DNA of 54,432 nt from a virus (taxonomy: Duplodnaviria; Caudoviricetes). The first letter of the stretch is position 1. Every line of letters begins with the position of its first letter. The DNA lies in IMG/VR virus record IMGVR_UViG_3300027777_000047, positions 1-54,432 of that record. One strand, given 5' to 3'. This document shows positions 9,475 through 18,429 of the stretch, one piece after another. The notes beneath the pieces are model-generated. The model saw only the letters and a program-made list of their open reading frames with translations. It searched no databases and was not told the origin of the DNA. The position numbers and the translations under genes were made by a program.

Positions 9475-9745
9475 CTATTCCTTCTAAAATGCCAAGAGAA
9501 GTAAGTCCCTCTTGAATGCCCTGCTCTAGCCAGCCCATAAAGGCTTCGGCTTTCCACATGTCGGTCTGGCACTTGCGCACTGCTTCCGTATTGGAGGCGT
9601 CTAGGCGCTTGAAGTCTTCTACGGCAGAATTATATACCCTTTTTGCCCGACCCTGTAAATACCTACCAATGTCGGACTTGTTAAAGCTGTCAATCTGTTG
9701 GCCCAACACCGCCGTGGCGATTAGTTGGTCACTTTGGTCCGACAT
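9452..9745 (-). CDS. Hypothetical protein between portal and scaffold (97 aa)
   Basis: Overlaps both neighbours; helical; typical position in podophages. Confidence 0.75.
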   Translation of the reverse strand: MSDQSDQLIATAVLGQQIDSFNKSDIGRYLQGRAKRVYNSAVEDFKRLDASNTEAVRKCQTDMWKAEAFMGWLEQGIQEGLTSLGILEGIDDETETL

Positions 9746-11867
9746 TCTTTGCTCCGGCTAGTTGCATATTAGATTCATGAGCGTGATTGGCCTGCATTAT
9801 AGCGCCAATGTGCGTTGCAAAGCTGCGGCGGTTCTGGTTTTCTTCCTGCATGGTGGCAATTTTCTCTTTGGTCTGGCTAGAAATTTGCACTTTCTGCAAG
9901 CCCACTTGGTGTCCAACCATTTTGTCATTCAGTTTTTGCTGCATCTGCTGCATGGCTTGCTGCATCTGCTGCATTTGCTGCTGCATTGCAAGCACTTGCG
10001 GATTGTCTTGGGTAAAGAACCTAGTGCCGTCGCTGTAACCAAGATGACCAAAAATTTCCTTGCCCACCTCTTGCAAATTAACCCCGGGCGGGGGCGACTT
10101 AGCCATGGCGGCGTAGCTGTTCATGGCGGTTAAAAACTTTTGCAGTTTGGTGGTGGGGTCGGTAGCGCCCATGCCCACGTTTACAGTCAAGGTAAGCTCC
10201 TGTTTCAACAGGTCATCAGTAATAGCGGACAACCCAAACCGTTGAAATAGTTGGGCGTTGTTGCCAACCAAGCTAAGCAACACCTCGTCAGTCTCGTAAA
10301 ACTGCTCCAACAACACAAGCTGACGCAGTACGGGCTGCACAAAAGTCTCCACGTAGGTGCGTATCATGTATTCAACCATAGTGCCCGTGCTTTGGTTGAG
10401 CATGGACATGTTGCGCGCCGGGCTGTTTTGGTGCGCGCCGCTTGCCATAAGGCCAGCAGGGTTAAAGTTGCCAAGCAACTCGTCCATGTCTAAGTTAATC
10501 CGGTTCTGCTCCTCATAAGCAGACTGCGTGACATCAGGCCAGCTGATCTCACGCACGTCTTTTTCGGGGTCATCCATCATAACTACGCCGCCGGGCACGT
10601 TACGCACTAGGCCACCAATGTCTACGTCGCGGCCACGCTTGGCAAACCACTTCTTGTTCAGTGCGAACTTGACGTTATCTAGGCGCTGGTTAACAACCTC
10701 GTTGGCCTCGTCCTGCAAGCCCTTGCCTAATGGGTACACGCCGCTAGGCATAATGCGGTGGGTTTCTAAAATGCAGCAACCCATTTCGTAAGGGCGGCGT
10801 CCATGCAGTACGGACTCGCTTAACGGCCTAGGCGTGCTGAGCATAGCCATGTCGCCCAGCGTGTAAAACTCAATGTCTTTACCCTTGTGGCGGTGTATGT
10901 GGCGGTGCACCCATACAACTTCGTAATCATGCACCGACTTACCATCCGAGTTGGTAGGGTCATCCCGGTCTTTTTGGCGGGCTTGGCGGGTACTGTCCTG
11001 TACGCTGGTGGCCCTGTTGAGCATGCCGTCGCTAACGGTGATCCATTCACCCGAGCGCATCTTGGCTTTGGCGTCCATCACGTACACGGGCATTAAGTGT
11101 ATTACGTAGGGCGAGGAGTGTATGGGGTCGGTCCAGTTAGCGGCGGGGTCAATGCGTAGGTTCTCAACTGGGAGAACGTCCACCACTGGTTTGTCAACTA
11201 GCGCGGGTTTGCGCGCTGCTGTTGCGGGCTCTTTGGGTACGCGCGTTACTTGGTCTGTTTGTTCTCCGTCACCAAGAACAAAAGCGCCCACGGGCATGCC
11301 CTGCTGGGCGGGGTTTTCTTCGTCATTGGCGGGCAACACGGGCTCGGCCTCAGTGTCCTCTTCCTCTTCGTATTTCCAGTATATGTGTGCGCACACCACG
11401 CCCATGGTCTGTGCGTCCTGTATGCCGCCCTGCACAATTTGGAACCACGGAATCGATTTGGTTAGTCGGTATTGCAGCAGACCTTTCATGATCTCCGCAT
11501 TCATCAACTGGCCCTTGTTCGACTGGTCCTGCGCGCCGACGCTAACGGTGTCCATATTGCTGAAGAATGCGGCGGCACTAGCGGCCTCATTCTTACGAAT
11601 AATGGTGCGCGTCTTGGGTCTGTACAAACGACTCCGCTTTTCGTACGCGGGGGCGTTGTACTTACTATCGCTAGGAAACTGGCTGTGGAAGGCGCGTATG
11701 CTGTCCTCCCAAGTTTTGCGGTAGTTGGTGTCCATGTAGCTGGTGCTAGCTTGGTACGCACTACTAGCGCGAGTGAGCCAGTCTACGCCATCGAAAAAAG
11801 AGCCGTCATCAACGGGTTGGTCGCCCTGCGCGGTGGGTGCTACGGCTTTATTTTCCGGTTTGAACAT
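9729..11867 (-). CDS. Portal protein
   Basis: About 712 aa; RSRLYRPKTR and GLQDEANEVVNQRLDNV motifs, Gln-rich C-terminal coiled coil (P22-like barrel); lies between terL and scaffold. Confidence 0.85.
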   Translation of the reverse strand: MFKPENKAVAPTAQGDQPVDDGSFFDGVDWLTRASSAYQASTSYMDTNYRKTWEDSIRAFHSQFPSDSKYNAPAYEKRSRLYRPKTRTIIRKNEAASAAAFFSNMDTVSVGAQDQSNKGQLMNAEIMKGLLQYRLTKSIPWFQIVQGGIQDAQTMGVVCAHIYWKYEEEEDTEAEPVLPANDEENPAQQGMPVGAFVLGDGEQTDQVTRVPKEPATAARKPALVDKPVVDVLPVENLRIDPAANWTDPIHSSPYVIHLMPVYVMDAKAKMRSGEWITVSDGMLNRATSVQDSTRQARQKDRDDPTNSDGKSVHDYEVVWVHRHIHRHKGKDIEFYTLGDMAMLSTPRPLSESVLHGRRPYEMGCCILETHRIMPSGVYPLGKGLQDEANEVVNQRLDNVKFALNKKWFAKRGRDVDIGGLVRNVPGGVVMMDDPEKDVREISWPDVTQSAYEEQNRINLDMDELLGNFNPAGLMASGAHQNSPARNMSMLNQSTGTMVEYMIRTYVETFVQPVLRQLVLLEQFYETDEVLLSLVGNNAQLFQRFGLSAITDDLLKQELTLTVNVGMGATDPTTKLQKFLTAMNSYAAMAKSPPPGVNLQEVGKEIFGHLGYSDGTRFFTQDNPQVLAMQQQMQQMQQAMQQMQQKLNDKMVGHQVGLQKVQISSQTKEKIATMQEENQNRRSFATHIGAIMQANHAHESNMQLAGAKNVGPK

Positions 11868-12189
11868 TCTCTGCCCCACTTAGTTTGCCGGTGTTGCGTT
11901 GTACGTTAATGGCGCGGTCGTCGTACATGGCGATCATTCCGGGGTCTTTCACATTTGTTATGGGTAGTATAACACCTAGGTGTTCTTTCATCCACTTGCG
12001 CAGGGCGGGGTGTGGCTTGCGCGCGGTAAACAGGCGCACATCTACACCCTCGTGCAGCAACTTACGCACCAACTTGACCATGGGCTCAACGGGGTCGCCC
12101 GTGTGTTCGTCGCCCCGGTAGTGGTCGTACGTGGCTAGGGTGCCGTCAAAGTCCACCCCCACCCAATGCCGGAAAGTGTTCTCTTTCAC
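11848..12189 (-). CDS. HAD-superfamily phosphatase (PNKP-phosphatase-like)
   Basis: DFDGTLA motif I, FTAR motif II, YDDRA motif IV. Confidence 0.8.
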   Translation of the reverse strand: MKENTFRHWVGVDFDGTLATYDHYRGDEHTGDPVEPMVKLVRKLLHEGVDVRLFTARKPHPALRKWMKEHLGVILPITNVKDPGMIAMYDDRAINVQRNTGKLSGAENVQTGK

Positions 12190-12557
12190 TCAAATGTGTC
12201 TTTCCACTTTTTACCAAGCTCACCGGCGTCCATGCCTCTTTTACCTTGCCCACCGCCCATGCGCATTGCAAAGTCTTGCTTGTCTACGGCCTCGTGCCCA
12301 CTATCGCGGTACTGCATGCGCGGCACGTAGCCCGCAGTGCGTTGCAGGGGTTGGCCTTTTTCGTCCATGCCACGGTCTGCGTTGTCTTGCGCGTTCATAG
12401 CGGCGCGGGCCTCTTTTGTGGGGCGCGCCACATTTACACCATACTTTGTGCCCTCGGGGGGTTTCATTGTTAGGTTTTTCTCTTTGTTCAAAAACTCACG
12501 CAATGTCATGCCAGAGTCCTCTAGCTCTTTTTTAGAGACTATACGGTTAGTAGCCAT
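12186..12557 (-). CDS. Hypothetical protein (123 aa)
   Basis: ORF with AGGAG RBS in a tightly packed operon. Confidence 0.7.
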   Translation of the reverse strand: MATNRIVSKKELEDSGMTLREFLNKEKNLTMKPPEGTKYGVNVARPTKEARAAMNAQDNADRGMDEKGQPLQRTAGYVPRMQYRDSGHEAVDKQDFAMRMGGGQGKRGMDAGELGKKWKDTFE

Positions 12558-12560
12558 GGG

Positions 12561-12779
12561 TTATCTCCTTTGTCCAAATCTAAAGTTCCAAGGCACGCCC
12601 AGTTCACCAGCGTTCACGCCAGTAGTAGAGCGCTGCGGCATTGCCTGCTGCGGCATCATTTGCTGGGGGGCTACTGCCACGGGCACGGGCACGGGTACTA
12701 CCTGCTGCGGCATGGGCTGCGCGGGTCTACCCAGCGTGTTAGCCATGGCTGCGGCTAGGCGGGGATTTACTTGGGGCAT
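12561..12779 (-). CDS. Hypothetical Pro/Gln-rich protein (72 aa)
   Basis: ORF with AGGAG RBS in the operon. Confidence 0.6.
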   Translation of the reverse strand: MPQVNPRLAAAMANTLGRPAQPMPQQVVPVPVPVAVAPQQMMPQQAMPQRSTTGVNAGELGVPWNFRFGQRR

Positions 12780-12784
12780 AGTGT

Positions 12785-13153
12785 CTAAGCTCCTATAGTT
12801 TGGAAGTGCTGGGGGTCAGACCCCTCAAGTTTAGTAGCAAACTCGCCGTCCCAAGTGCCACGGTTCATACCACAGCGCTCAAGTAGTTCGCCGCCAGCGG
12901 TGCGCACAAGTTTTTTAAACTCGCTAGCAGTGGCAATCTTGGTGCAGTCTAACGTGTAGCCGTAGTTGCCGGGTATAGCCATGTTCTTAACACACAAGGC
13001 GGCACCGGGTAGCCAACCCACAGCCCACAAGTGGCGGGGGTAGGCGTCGGTTAAAATTTGGGCTGCGGTTTTAGCCGCAGCCTCCATCATTACGGTCTCC
13101 TCGTCGTGAGAGGTAATCTCTACGGTCTGGATGTCGTTGCCGTTGGTGTCCAT
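12785..13153 (-). CDS. Hypothetical protein (122 aa)
   Basis: ORF in the operon; contains AGGELLER. Confidence 0.7.
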   Translation of the reverse strand: MDTNGNDIQTVEITSHDEETVMMEAAAKTAAQILTDAYPRHLWAVGWLPGAALCVKNMAIPGNYGYTLDCTKIATASEFKKLVRTAGGELLERCGMNRGTWDGEFATKLEGSDPQHFQTIGA

Positions 13154-13309
13154 TTACTGGGGCTCTGCTGGGGTGGCGGGGGTGGCGGGCTCTACAGCCT
13201 CTACAACATCCACCACGGGTACGCTAGCAACGCCAAAGTCAAACACCGCTTGCAGTCCGGCAGCGTGGCTAGTGCCTACGCCCGTTTTATAAATAGTGTC
13301 AAGGTCCAT
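13154..13309 (-). CDS. Small hypothetical protein (51 aa)
   Basis: Manually translated MDLDTIYKTGVGTSHAAGLQAVFDFG...PAEPQ; its stop abuts the next start. Confidence 0.6.
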   Translation of the reverse strand: MDLDTIYKTGVGTSHAAGLQAVFDFGVASVPVVDVVEAVEPATPATPAEPQ

Positions 13310-13508
13310 ATATACCTTCATAAGATTGGTCAGTGGAATCGAACTTACGCCCGTTGCTGAACTCGTAAATTCCGGGGTCAGGAGCTCTAAACTCAGCGCC
13401 CCATGCGCGGGTGGCTAGGTCTAGCCAGCTAGTAGTACGTGTTGTGACCTTACTGTTGATCATGTTCAGCGTAGCTAGGTTTTGTAAAGGCTGGGTAGTC
13501 TGGCCCAT
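13299..13508 (-). CDS. Hypothetical protein (about 69 aa)
   Basis: ORF with AAGGA RBS; contains YEFSNGRKF. Confidence 0.6.
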   Translation of the reverse strand: MGQTTQPLQNLATLNMINSKVTTRTTSWLDLATRAWGAEFRAPDPGIYEFSNGRKFDSTDQSYEGIYGP

Positions 13509-13577
13509 GTGCACGTCCTTTGTAGTGGCGGGGGTGCGGAGCCCCCATGCGCGGCATTATGCCACAACCGCCAGACC

Positions 13578-13730
13578 CTACTTTTTCTTTGCTGTCTTTG
13601 CAGACTGCACAAAGTCGGCTTTAGTAGGGGCGTCTTTGCTGCCCACCTTACGCATCCGCTCGCCAGAGCCGTTTTTAATGCGCTCTTGCTTTGCGTGGAT
13701 GTTAGCGTAGAGCCCCGGTTTAGTAGCCAC
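13578..13730 (-). CDS. Small Lys-rich basic protein (50 aa)
   Basis: GTG start; MATKPGLYANIHAKQERIKNGSGERMRKVGSKDAPTKADFVQSAKTAKKK, a recurrent small-protein family in aquatic phages. Confidence 0.75.
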   Translation of the reverse strand: MATKPGLYANIHAKQERIKNGSGERMRKVGSKDAPTKADFVQSAKTAKKK

Positions 13731-13881
13731 TTTTACCCCGCGTGCCCTTGTGCATTGTGGGCTCCATCTTCTTTTCCATGGCAGAGTAGGCTTTTTTGCC
13801 CGGTGCCATTTTCTTTTCTTTAGCTTCGTTAGCCTTAGTTTCAGGTTTACCGAAGGGATTCATTTTCTTTGTCGTAGCCAT
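13720..13881 (-). CDS. Small Lys-rich basic protein (53 aa)
   Basis: MATTKKMNPFGKPETKANEAKEKKMAPGKK...; AAGGA RBS. Confidence 0.65.
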   Translation of the reverse strand: MATTKKMNPFGKPETKANEAKEKKMAPGKKAYSAMEKKMEPTMHKGTRGKSGY

Positions 13882-13893
13882 AGTAATTCCTTT

Positions 13894-14154
13894 TTACCAT
13901 TTAACTTTATTCGCCCAGTATGCCGCAGACATAGGGCCCTTTGCAATGTTCTCGGCATGACGTGCCTTGAACGCCTCGTTTCGGGCAGACCCGGCAGGGC
14001 TACCCTTAACTCCTTGTTGACCAAAGTGAATTGTCTTAACTTGGTCGCCAGATTTTGCCACTACAACATGGCTTTTTGTAGGGTGACTAGGCGTAGCCTT
14101 GGGTTTGTTGTACCCGGTTACGCCAGCGCGCTCTAGTCTTGGGTCTTTGCTCAT
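13894..14154 (-). CDS. Small basic protein (86 aa, DUF5754-like)
   Basis: KTIHFGQQG...FKARH...SAAYWANKVKW motifs. Confidence 0.75.
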   Translation of the reverse strand: MSKDPRLERAGVTGYNKPKATPSHPTKSHVVVAKSGDQVKTIHFGQQGVKGSPAGSARNEAFKARHAENIAKGPMSAAYWANKVKW

Positions 14155-14157
14155 AGT

Positions 14158-14301
14158 TTAACGCTTCCGTTGGTCTTGGGCGGCTTGCCGCTTTACACTG
14201 TAGGCGATTGCCACCGCTTGCTTGACGGGCTTACCGGCTTTGACCTCGGTTTTAACATTAGCACGGAACGCTTGCGGCGTAGTGGACTTTTTTAGTGGCA
14301 T
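14158..14301 (-). CDS. Small basic protein (47 aa)
   Basis: MPLKKSTTPQAFRANVKTEVKAGKPVKQAVAIAYSVKR..., a recurrent phage family; AAGGAG RBS. Confidence 0.75.
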   Translation of the reverse strand: MPLKKSTTPQAFRANVKTEVKAGKPVKQAVAIAYSVKRQAAQDQRKR

Positions 14302-14315
14302 GGTAGGGGTGCTCC

Positions 14316-15914
14316 TTAAATAAACTCGGGTTCTGCGTAGTCGGGTTCTCGGTAGCTGGGGGCTTTGGGCTGCATGTCGTAAATACGGGCTAGGGCGTCA
14401 ATAAGGTCGACCCGGCCCCCGTGCGGGAAAAAATGAATCTGCATTTTAAGGTCTGCCACTACGTCGTAAATCTCACCGGTCTTGGTTTTGCGGCGTATGG
14501 GTTTAGAAATTCTAAAGTCCTGCCCGCTAGCGCCAAACCGCCGCTGCGTGGTGGTTAGCTTGTTAACGTCGGTGGGGTAGGGTATGTACAACTTACCGGC
14601 TCTAAGGTCGGGGCTCAGGCGTTGTACGCGGTCGGTTTTGCCACCCTCGCCATCACGCGGCCATGCAAGCTCCACTATGGGGAAGGTGCCGCCCTCGTCG
14701 GGTTTGCGCATCTGTTCTTCAAAGTAGTCAAGGTCGGCTTGCGCGCCAAAGGCCTCGTAGCCTACGTAGCAGTTGCGCACGCCGGGGCTGGCTTTCCATT
14801 TATGGTAGAGCATGGCGGTACGCTCCCAGCGCTCCCTTAAATCCATTTGGTGGTTAAATCCGTCCAAAATGTACTTGTTCATGCCGTAGTCTAGGCCCAG
14901 CACCACAATGCCGGTCTTGGCGCTGTTTTTCTTTTTACTGCGGGCGGGGTCCACTAAAATGTACACGTTAAGCGTCTCGGGGCGTACCTCGTAATATCTA
15001 AGGTCCTCAACGTTGAACATGCGCTGCTGGCCGCTAAGGGGGTCTTGCAGCATTTGGCAGGCAATGGTGGCCTCGCCTTGGGCTTTAACCTTTTCGTCCC
15101 ACACGTCTTTGCTAAACAGCACGGGCGCACCGTCTATCTTGCCGGTGTCGGTAGCGGGGTACTTGCGCAGCTTGGCAACTTGGCGCTCCATAATGGTTTC
15201 GTAGGTGTCGGCGTAGCTGTAGCGGGTGCCTATGTGCCATTTGCGGCCTCCGGCGCTGCCCAAGTTGTCGGACATTTCCCATGCGGCGGTGGTCTTTTGT
15301 ATTTGCTCGGGGGTGCTAACGCTCTCAATCGTAACTACGTCGTCATACACAAGCAAGGCAAAGTGTTTACTGGTGGGTTGGCCGTCTACTAGGCCGTGGG
15401 CCTCAAGTGTGGCCTCCTTGGGGTTGCTGCCCCGGCGCACTACAATGCCGTTGTCAAGGCTCCAGCTAGGGCTTTCCCGGCTGGGGTTGCTGTACAACAC
15501 GGTAGGGAACAACGCTTTAAGCTCCTCGTTGCCTTCAAGCTCTTTTTGTATCTGGCGCAAAAACGCTTTGGCAATGGGCTTTGTGTGGCTGAATAACCCT
15601 ACAGTAATGTCGGGGTTCTTCAATATCTCTTGTATTATGCCCGCAAAAGTTATTATGGTGCTCTTGTAGTGTTCGCGGGCCCACAGGTCTAAGTAGCCGT
15701 CGGGCTCGCGCTCAACCTCGCGGCACCGAGCGTAAAGCCATTCGTGTATAGCGTCTACCCGCTTAAGGGTACGCACAAGTAAATAGAATCTATCATTTTG
15801 GCTGAGCCAGACCTTAGCTGGGTCTCCAGCCTGTTCCTCAAGAATTTTCCAAAGCTGCGCTATCTTGTCGAATGGTGCATCTAAGAGCTGCTGCTTTAAG
15901 CGATCAGGGAACAT
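14316..15914 (-). CDS. terL: Terminase large subunit
   Basis: Deviant Walker A (AREHYKST), Walker B (LVYDDVV), GTRY coupling motif, nuclease motifs ILVDPA and DLIDALA. Confidence 0.92.
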   Translation of the reverse strand: MFPDRLKQQLLDAPFDKIAQLWKILEEQAGDPAKVWLSQNDRFYLLVRTLKRVDAIHEWLYARCREVEREPDGYLDLWAREHYKSTIITFAGIIQEILKNPDITVGLFSHTKPIAKAFLRQIQKELEGNEELKALFPTVLYSNPSRESPSWSLDNGIVVRRGSNPKEATLEAHGLVDGQPTSKHFALLVYDDVVTIESVSTPEQIQKTTAAWEMSDNLGSAGGRKWHIGTRYSYADTYETIMERQVAKLRKYPATDTGKIDGAPVLFSKDVWDEKVKAQGEATIACQMLQDPLSGQQRMFNVEDLRYYEVRPETLNVYILVDPARSKKKNSAKTGIVVLGLDYGMNKYILDGFNHQMDLRERWERTAMLYHKWKASPGVRNCYVGYEAFGAQADLDYFEEQMRKPDEGGTFPIVELAWPRDGEGGKTDRVQRLSPDLRAGKLYIPYPTDVNKLTTTQRRFGASGQDFRISKPIRRKTKTGEIYDVVADLKMQIHFFPHGGRVDLIDALARIYDMQPKAPSYREPDYAEPEFI

Positions 15915-16468
15915 TCTCGCCTCTCTAGAATACACTCTCCGTAAGCAATTCGTGTGGAGATTGCTCCGTAATGAAATATAGCTTGTGTGGCCTTGCCACG
16001 TCGTATGGAGGCAGTGACTTTGGTCCTATACTCGGGTGTTTTCCACTGAGCTACACGCAGCTCCCCTAAAGATTTACGTTTTTGGGGGTCTGCCCACGTG
16101 GCTACATTTGCTGCTGCATTAGCTTGCCGTGCTGCTGAACTTTTCCACTGCTCGGTAGATTTTGCTGAGATCTTAGTCCTTACTTCTCCGTGTGGGTCTA
16201 GCACACCCTCACCACCAGCGGTCATATTGTAGGCCGGAGCATACACCTTTATGGCCCGCTGCTCCATAGAACAAAGTGACTCCCAGTCATCGCAAATGAT
16301 TAAAGTCTCCACTTTTGGCACCCCATACTTAGCAATGGCTTTAGTAACTAAGTGTCTAGGGTTTTTTGAACCTTTAACGTGTCCCTTTAGCCTGCGCTCC
16401 GCTGTAGAGCGCGTTATACCTATGTAGGTCTTTCCATTAGGGAAGCTAAGTTGGTACAGACACCCCAT
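15896..16468 (-). CDS. Free-standing GIY-YIG homing endonuclease
   Basis: CLY-x9-YIG, conserved Arg (ERRLKGH), Glu (MEQRAI) and YNMTAGGEG; inserted between terS and terL and overlapping both. Confidence 0.85.
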   Translation of the reverse strand: MGCLYQLSFPNGKTYIGITRSTAERRLKGHVKGSKNPRHLVTKAIAKYGVPKVETLIICDDWESLCSMEQRAIKVYAPAYNMTAGGEGVLDPHGEVRTKISAKSTEQWKSSAARQANAAANVATWADPQKRKSLGELRVAQWKTPEYRTKVTASIRRGKATQAIFHYGAISTRIAYGECILERRECSLIA

Positions 16469-17180
16469 CTCGGATCTCCCCTACGTCAATCACCTCCAGG
16501 GACTTAGCGTCCTCAGGCGTGGGGGCCTGCAAGGCCAGCACGGCGTCAAACTTAGCCATAATTTTGTCAAGACCCTTGGTAACCGCCTCAGGGGGGCGTA
16601 CGGCGTCGGGGTCTTCAATCAAGCCGCTAATACCAAACGCTTGGCGCTCAAGCAACACCAGTGTTTTGAGCGCGGTGGCTAGGGCGTTTATGCTGGTTAC
16701 GCGCTCGGGCATGCTAATTACGCGCCGGTAGGCGGCGTTAAGCCTATCTATGCCACGGTCGTCCGGGGCGTTGAGTAGCTCGCCTAAACCCTCAAACTCC
16801 TCAATACCAACAGTTACAGCGCTAAGCTCTTCAAGCAGTTGGCTAACAATTTTACGCGCGGCTTTAATGTCGGTGCGGTGGTCCACCAACACCGTGCTCT
16901 GCATAGTGGCGGTAACGGCAATAACCTCGGTGCGTAAAGCGTCGCGCTCGGCGCGGTAGCGCTCGGCGGCTTTGGCGTCAATCTCCTCCTGCAAGCGGCG
17001 GCGGGCAAGGGGGTCGCGTAGCCAGCCGTTACGCGTGGCGCGGTTGCTTATGGCGCTGTCGGTGCTGCCAATATCAAGGGCTATGCTGCGTATGGATTTA
17101 ACGCCAAGTTCGTACTGGGCTTGGGCGTAGGCCCAGTCGCCGGCTTTGTCGGGCAGGCGGGCGGGGGTGGCTGTTGCCAT
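16446..17180 (-). CDS. terS: Terminase small subunit
   Basis: N-terminal HTH (SIRSIALDIGSTDSAISNRATRNGW), helical core and LERQAFGI motif; upstream of terL. Confidence 0.75.
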   Translation of the reverse strand: MATATPARLPDKAGDWAYAQAQYELGVKSIRSIALDIGSTDSAISNRATRNGWLRDPLARRRLQEEIDAKAAERYRAERDALRTEVIAVTATMQSTVLVDHRTDIKAARKIVSQLLEELSAVTVGIEEFEGLGELLNAPDDRGIDRLNAAYRRVISMPERVTSINALATALKTLVLLERQAFGISGLIEDPDAVRPPEAVTKGLDKIMAKFDAVLALQAPTPEDAKSLEVIDVGEIRDGVSVPT

Positions 17181-17186
17181 AGTAAA

Positions 17187-17405
17187 TTAAATGTCGCTCT
17201 CGTCGGGGTTGTAGCCTGTGTACCCGGTGCGCTCCATGTAAGCGCCACCGCCCCGGCCCATATAAAACCCCATGCGGCGTGCAATATCGGGGTTTTGATT
17301 TTTCTGTATCACGGCGTCAAGCTCGTGGTGGCCGGTAAAGTTGGGCACCTGTCTAAATTCTTTGGGGGCGCATACGTGCAGCGGGGCACCTTTGGGGCTG
17401 TCCAT
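17187..17405 (-). CDS. Hypothetical protein (72 aa), first gene of the late operon
   Basis: AGGAG RBS before MDSPKGAP; a TACACT -10-like hexamer lies upstream. Confidence 0.6.
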   Translation of the reverse strand: MDSPKGAPLHVCAPKEFRQVPNFTGHHELDAVIQKNQNPDIARRMGFYMGRGGGAYMERTGYTGYNPDESDI

Positions 17406-17677
17406 AATAGGGTAACTCCTGTAAAAGTAAGGCCCGCGCAGTGTAGCACAAAAAATTTGGGAGTCCAAAATTTATAGCTTGCTACAAAGTAGTCAGTGCT
17501 AAAAATCGAGCGTCGAAAAAATTTAGAGCTGTGGACTCAGTGCTATGACTGAGGCAGGCCCTAGAGCCCTGCACCACTCGATGGTTCTGGTCAATTCGGC
17601 TCAGGTCAACCCGGTACCTTGAACGATCCTTGTCGATTCTGTAATCGTGGTCGCTCAGCTCAGGGTCGCTGAGCTCA

Positions 17678-17760
17678 GGGCACGTGGGCTCGGGGCTGAG
17701 TGGGTTCGGTGGGCACGTGGGCTCGGGGCTGAGTGGGTTCGGTGGGCACGTGGGTTCGGT
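17678..17760. repeat. 33-bp tandem repeat (two full copies plus one deleted copy)
   Basis: GGGCACGTGGGCTCGGGGCTGAGTGGGTTCGGT at 17678 and 17711; GGGCACGTGGGTTCGGT at 17744. Confidence 0.95.
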
Positions 17761-17861
17761 GTAAGGTTCATGTAAGGTGCCAACCTTACACCAACCTTAC
17801 AAGGGTCCAGGTGCTGGGTTGTAAGGTTCATGTAAGGTGCCAACCTTACACCAACCTTACA
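17760..17861. repeat. 42-bp direct repeat x2, each copy containing inverted TGTAAGGT/ACCTTACA boxes
   Basis: TGTAAGGTTCATGTAAGGTGCCAACCTTACACCAACCTTACA at 17760 and 17820; the half-unit recurs at 18463-18487. Confidence 0.95.
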
Positions 17862-17907
17862 CCGACGCCCGGTTTAACTTTACAAAACTTTACACGGCAT
17901 GACCGTT

Positions 17908-17923
17908 TATAGCGCGCTATAAT
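17908..17923 (+). promoter_or_regulatory. Promoter with palindromic TATAGC-N2-GCTATA element overlapping TATAAT
   Basis: TATAGCGCGCTATAAT, then a hairpin and CTAACTAGGAG RBS before the ATG at 17970. Confidence 0.8.
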
Positions 17924-17969
17924 GTAAGCGTGTACCAATCCCGGTGCACTGTACTAACTAGGAGGCCTT

Positions 17970-18410
17970 ATGGCACGCAAAGCAAAATCCCCCGCCCCAG
18001 TGGCAAACCCCGTGGTCGAAGTAGAGGCCGTTGAAGTGGCCGCAAACCCTTTCGCCGGTCTGTTGGCCGCACCAGTGGCACCAGTGGCACCAGCTAAGGT
18101 GCATGCCGTGGCCGTGGGCGGTGAGACCTATGTGGCCGCAAACCACGTAGCTACCTACAAAGGCACGCGTCCCGTGGCCGTGGGCGGTGCCACCTACCAA
18201 CTGACCGGGCTGCCCTATAACCCTACCGCCGGGCACGTTAACGCATTACAGTGGCAGGCTGTGCTGGACGCTATTGAGGCCAATGACGGCGAGCCCGTTA
18301 CCGTGGCGCAAGTGGCAGCGCAGTACCCGGCCGGTATCGCAGCCGGTAACGCAGCCGGGTTCTTGGCCTACCGGGCTAAGGGTGCAAAGCCGAATGTTGA
18401 ACTAGCATAG
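17970..18410 (+). CDS. Early hypothetical protein (146 aa)
   Basis: Has its own promoter, AGGAGG RBS and terminator. Confidence 0.8.
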   Translation: MARKAKSPAPVANPVVEVEAVEVAANPFAGLLAAPVAPVAPAKVHAVAVGGETYVAANHVATYKGTRPVAVGGATYQLTGLPYNPTAGHVNALQWQAVLDAIEANDGEPVTVAQVAAQYPAGIAAGNAAGFLAYRAKGAKPNVELA

Positions 18411-18429
18411 GGTTTACCCTTAGCCCCTG

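Noticed and set aside
272-13823. Many long antisense ORFs in the ORF track (e.g. 512-937, 5573-6187, 7718-8452, 11122-11724)
   Set aside because: They are shadows of real minus-strand genes with no RBS or recognisable motifs.
15896-16468. Group I intron or intein in the terminase
   Set aside because: terS and terL are each intact ORFs, and the endonuclease overlaps their ends with no room for a ribozyme core.
17655-17843. 62-aa ORF across the repeat region, and the 19285-19473 ORF
   Set aside because: These are translations of repeats or A-tract DNA with non-ATG starts and no RBS.
17678-17861. CRISPR array or mini-array
   Set aside because: The 33-bp repeats are contiguous with no spacers; the 42-bp pair is separated by only 18 bp; there is no cas operon.
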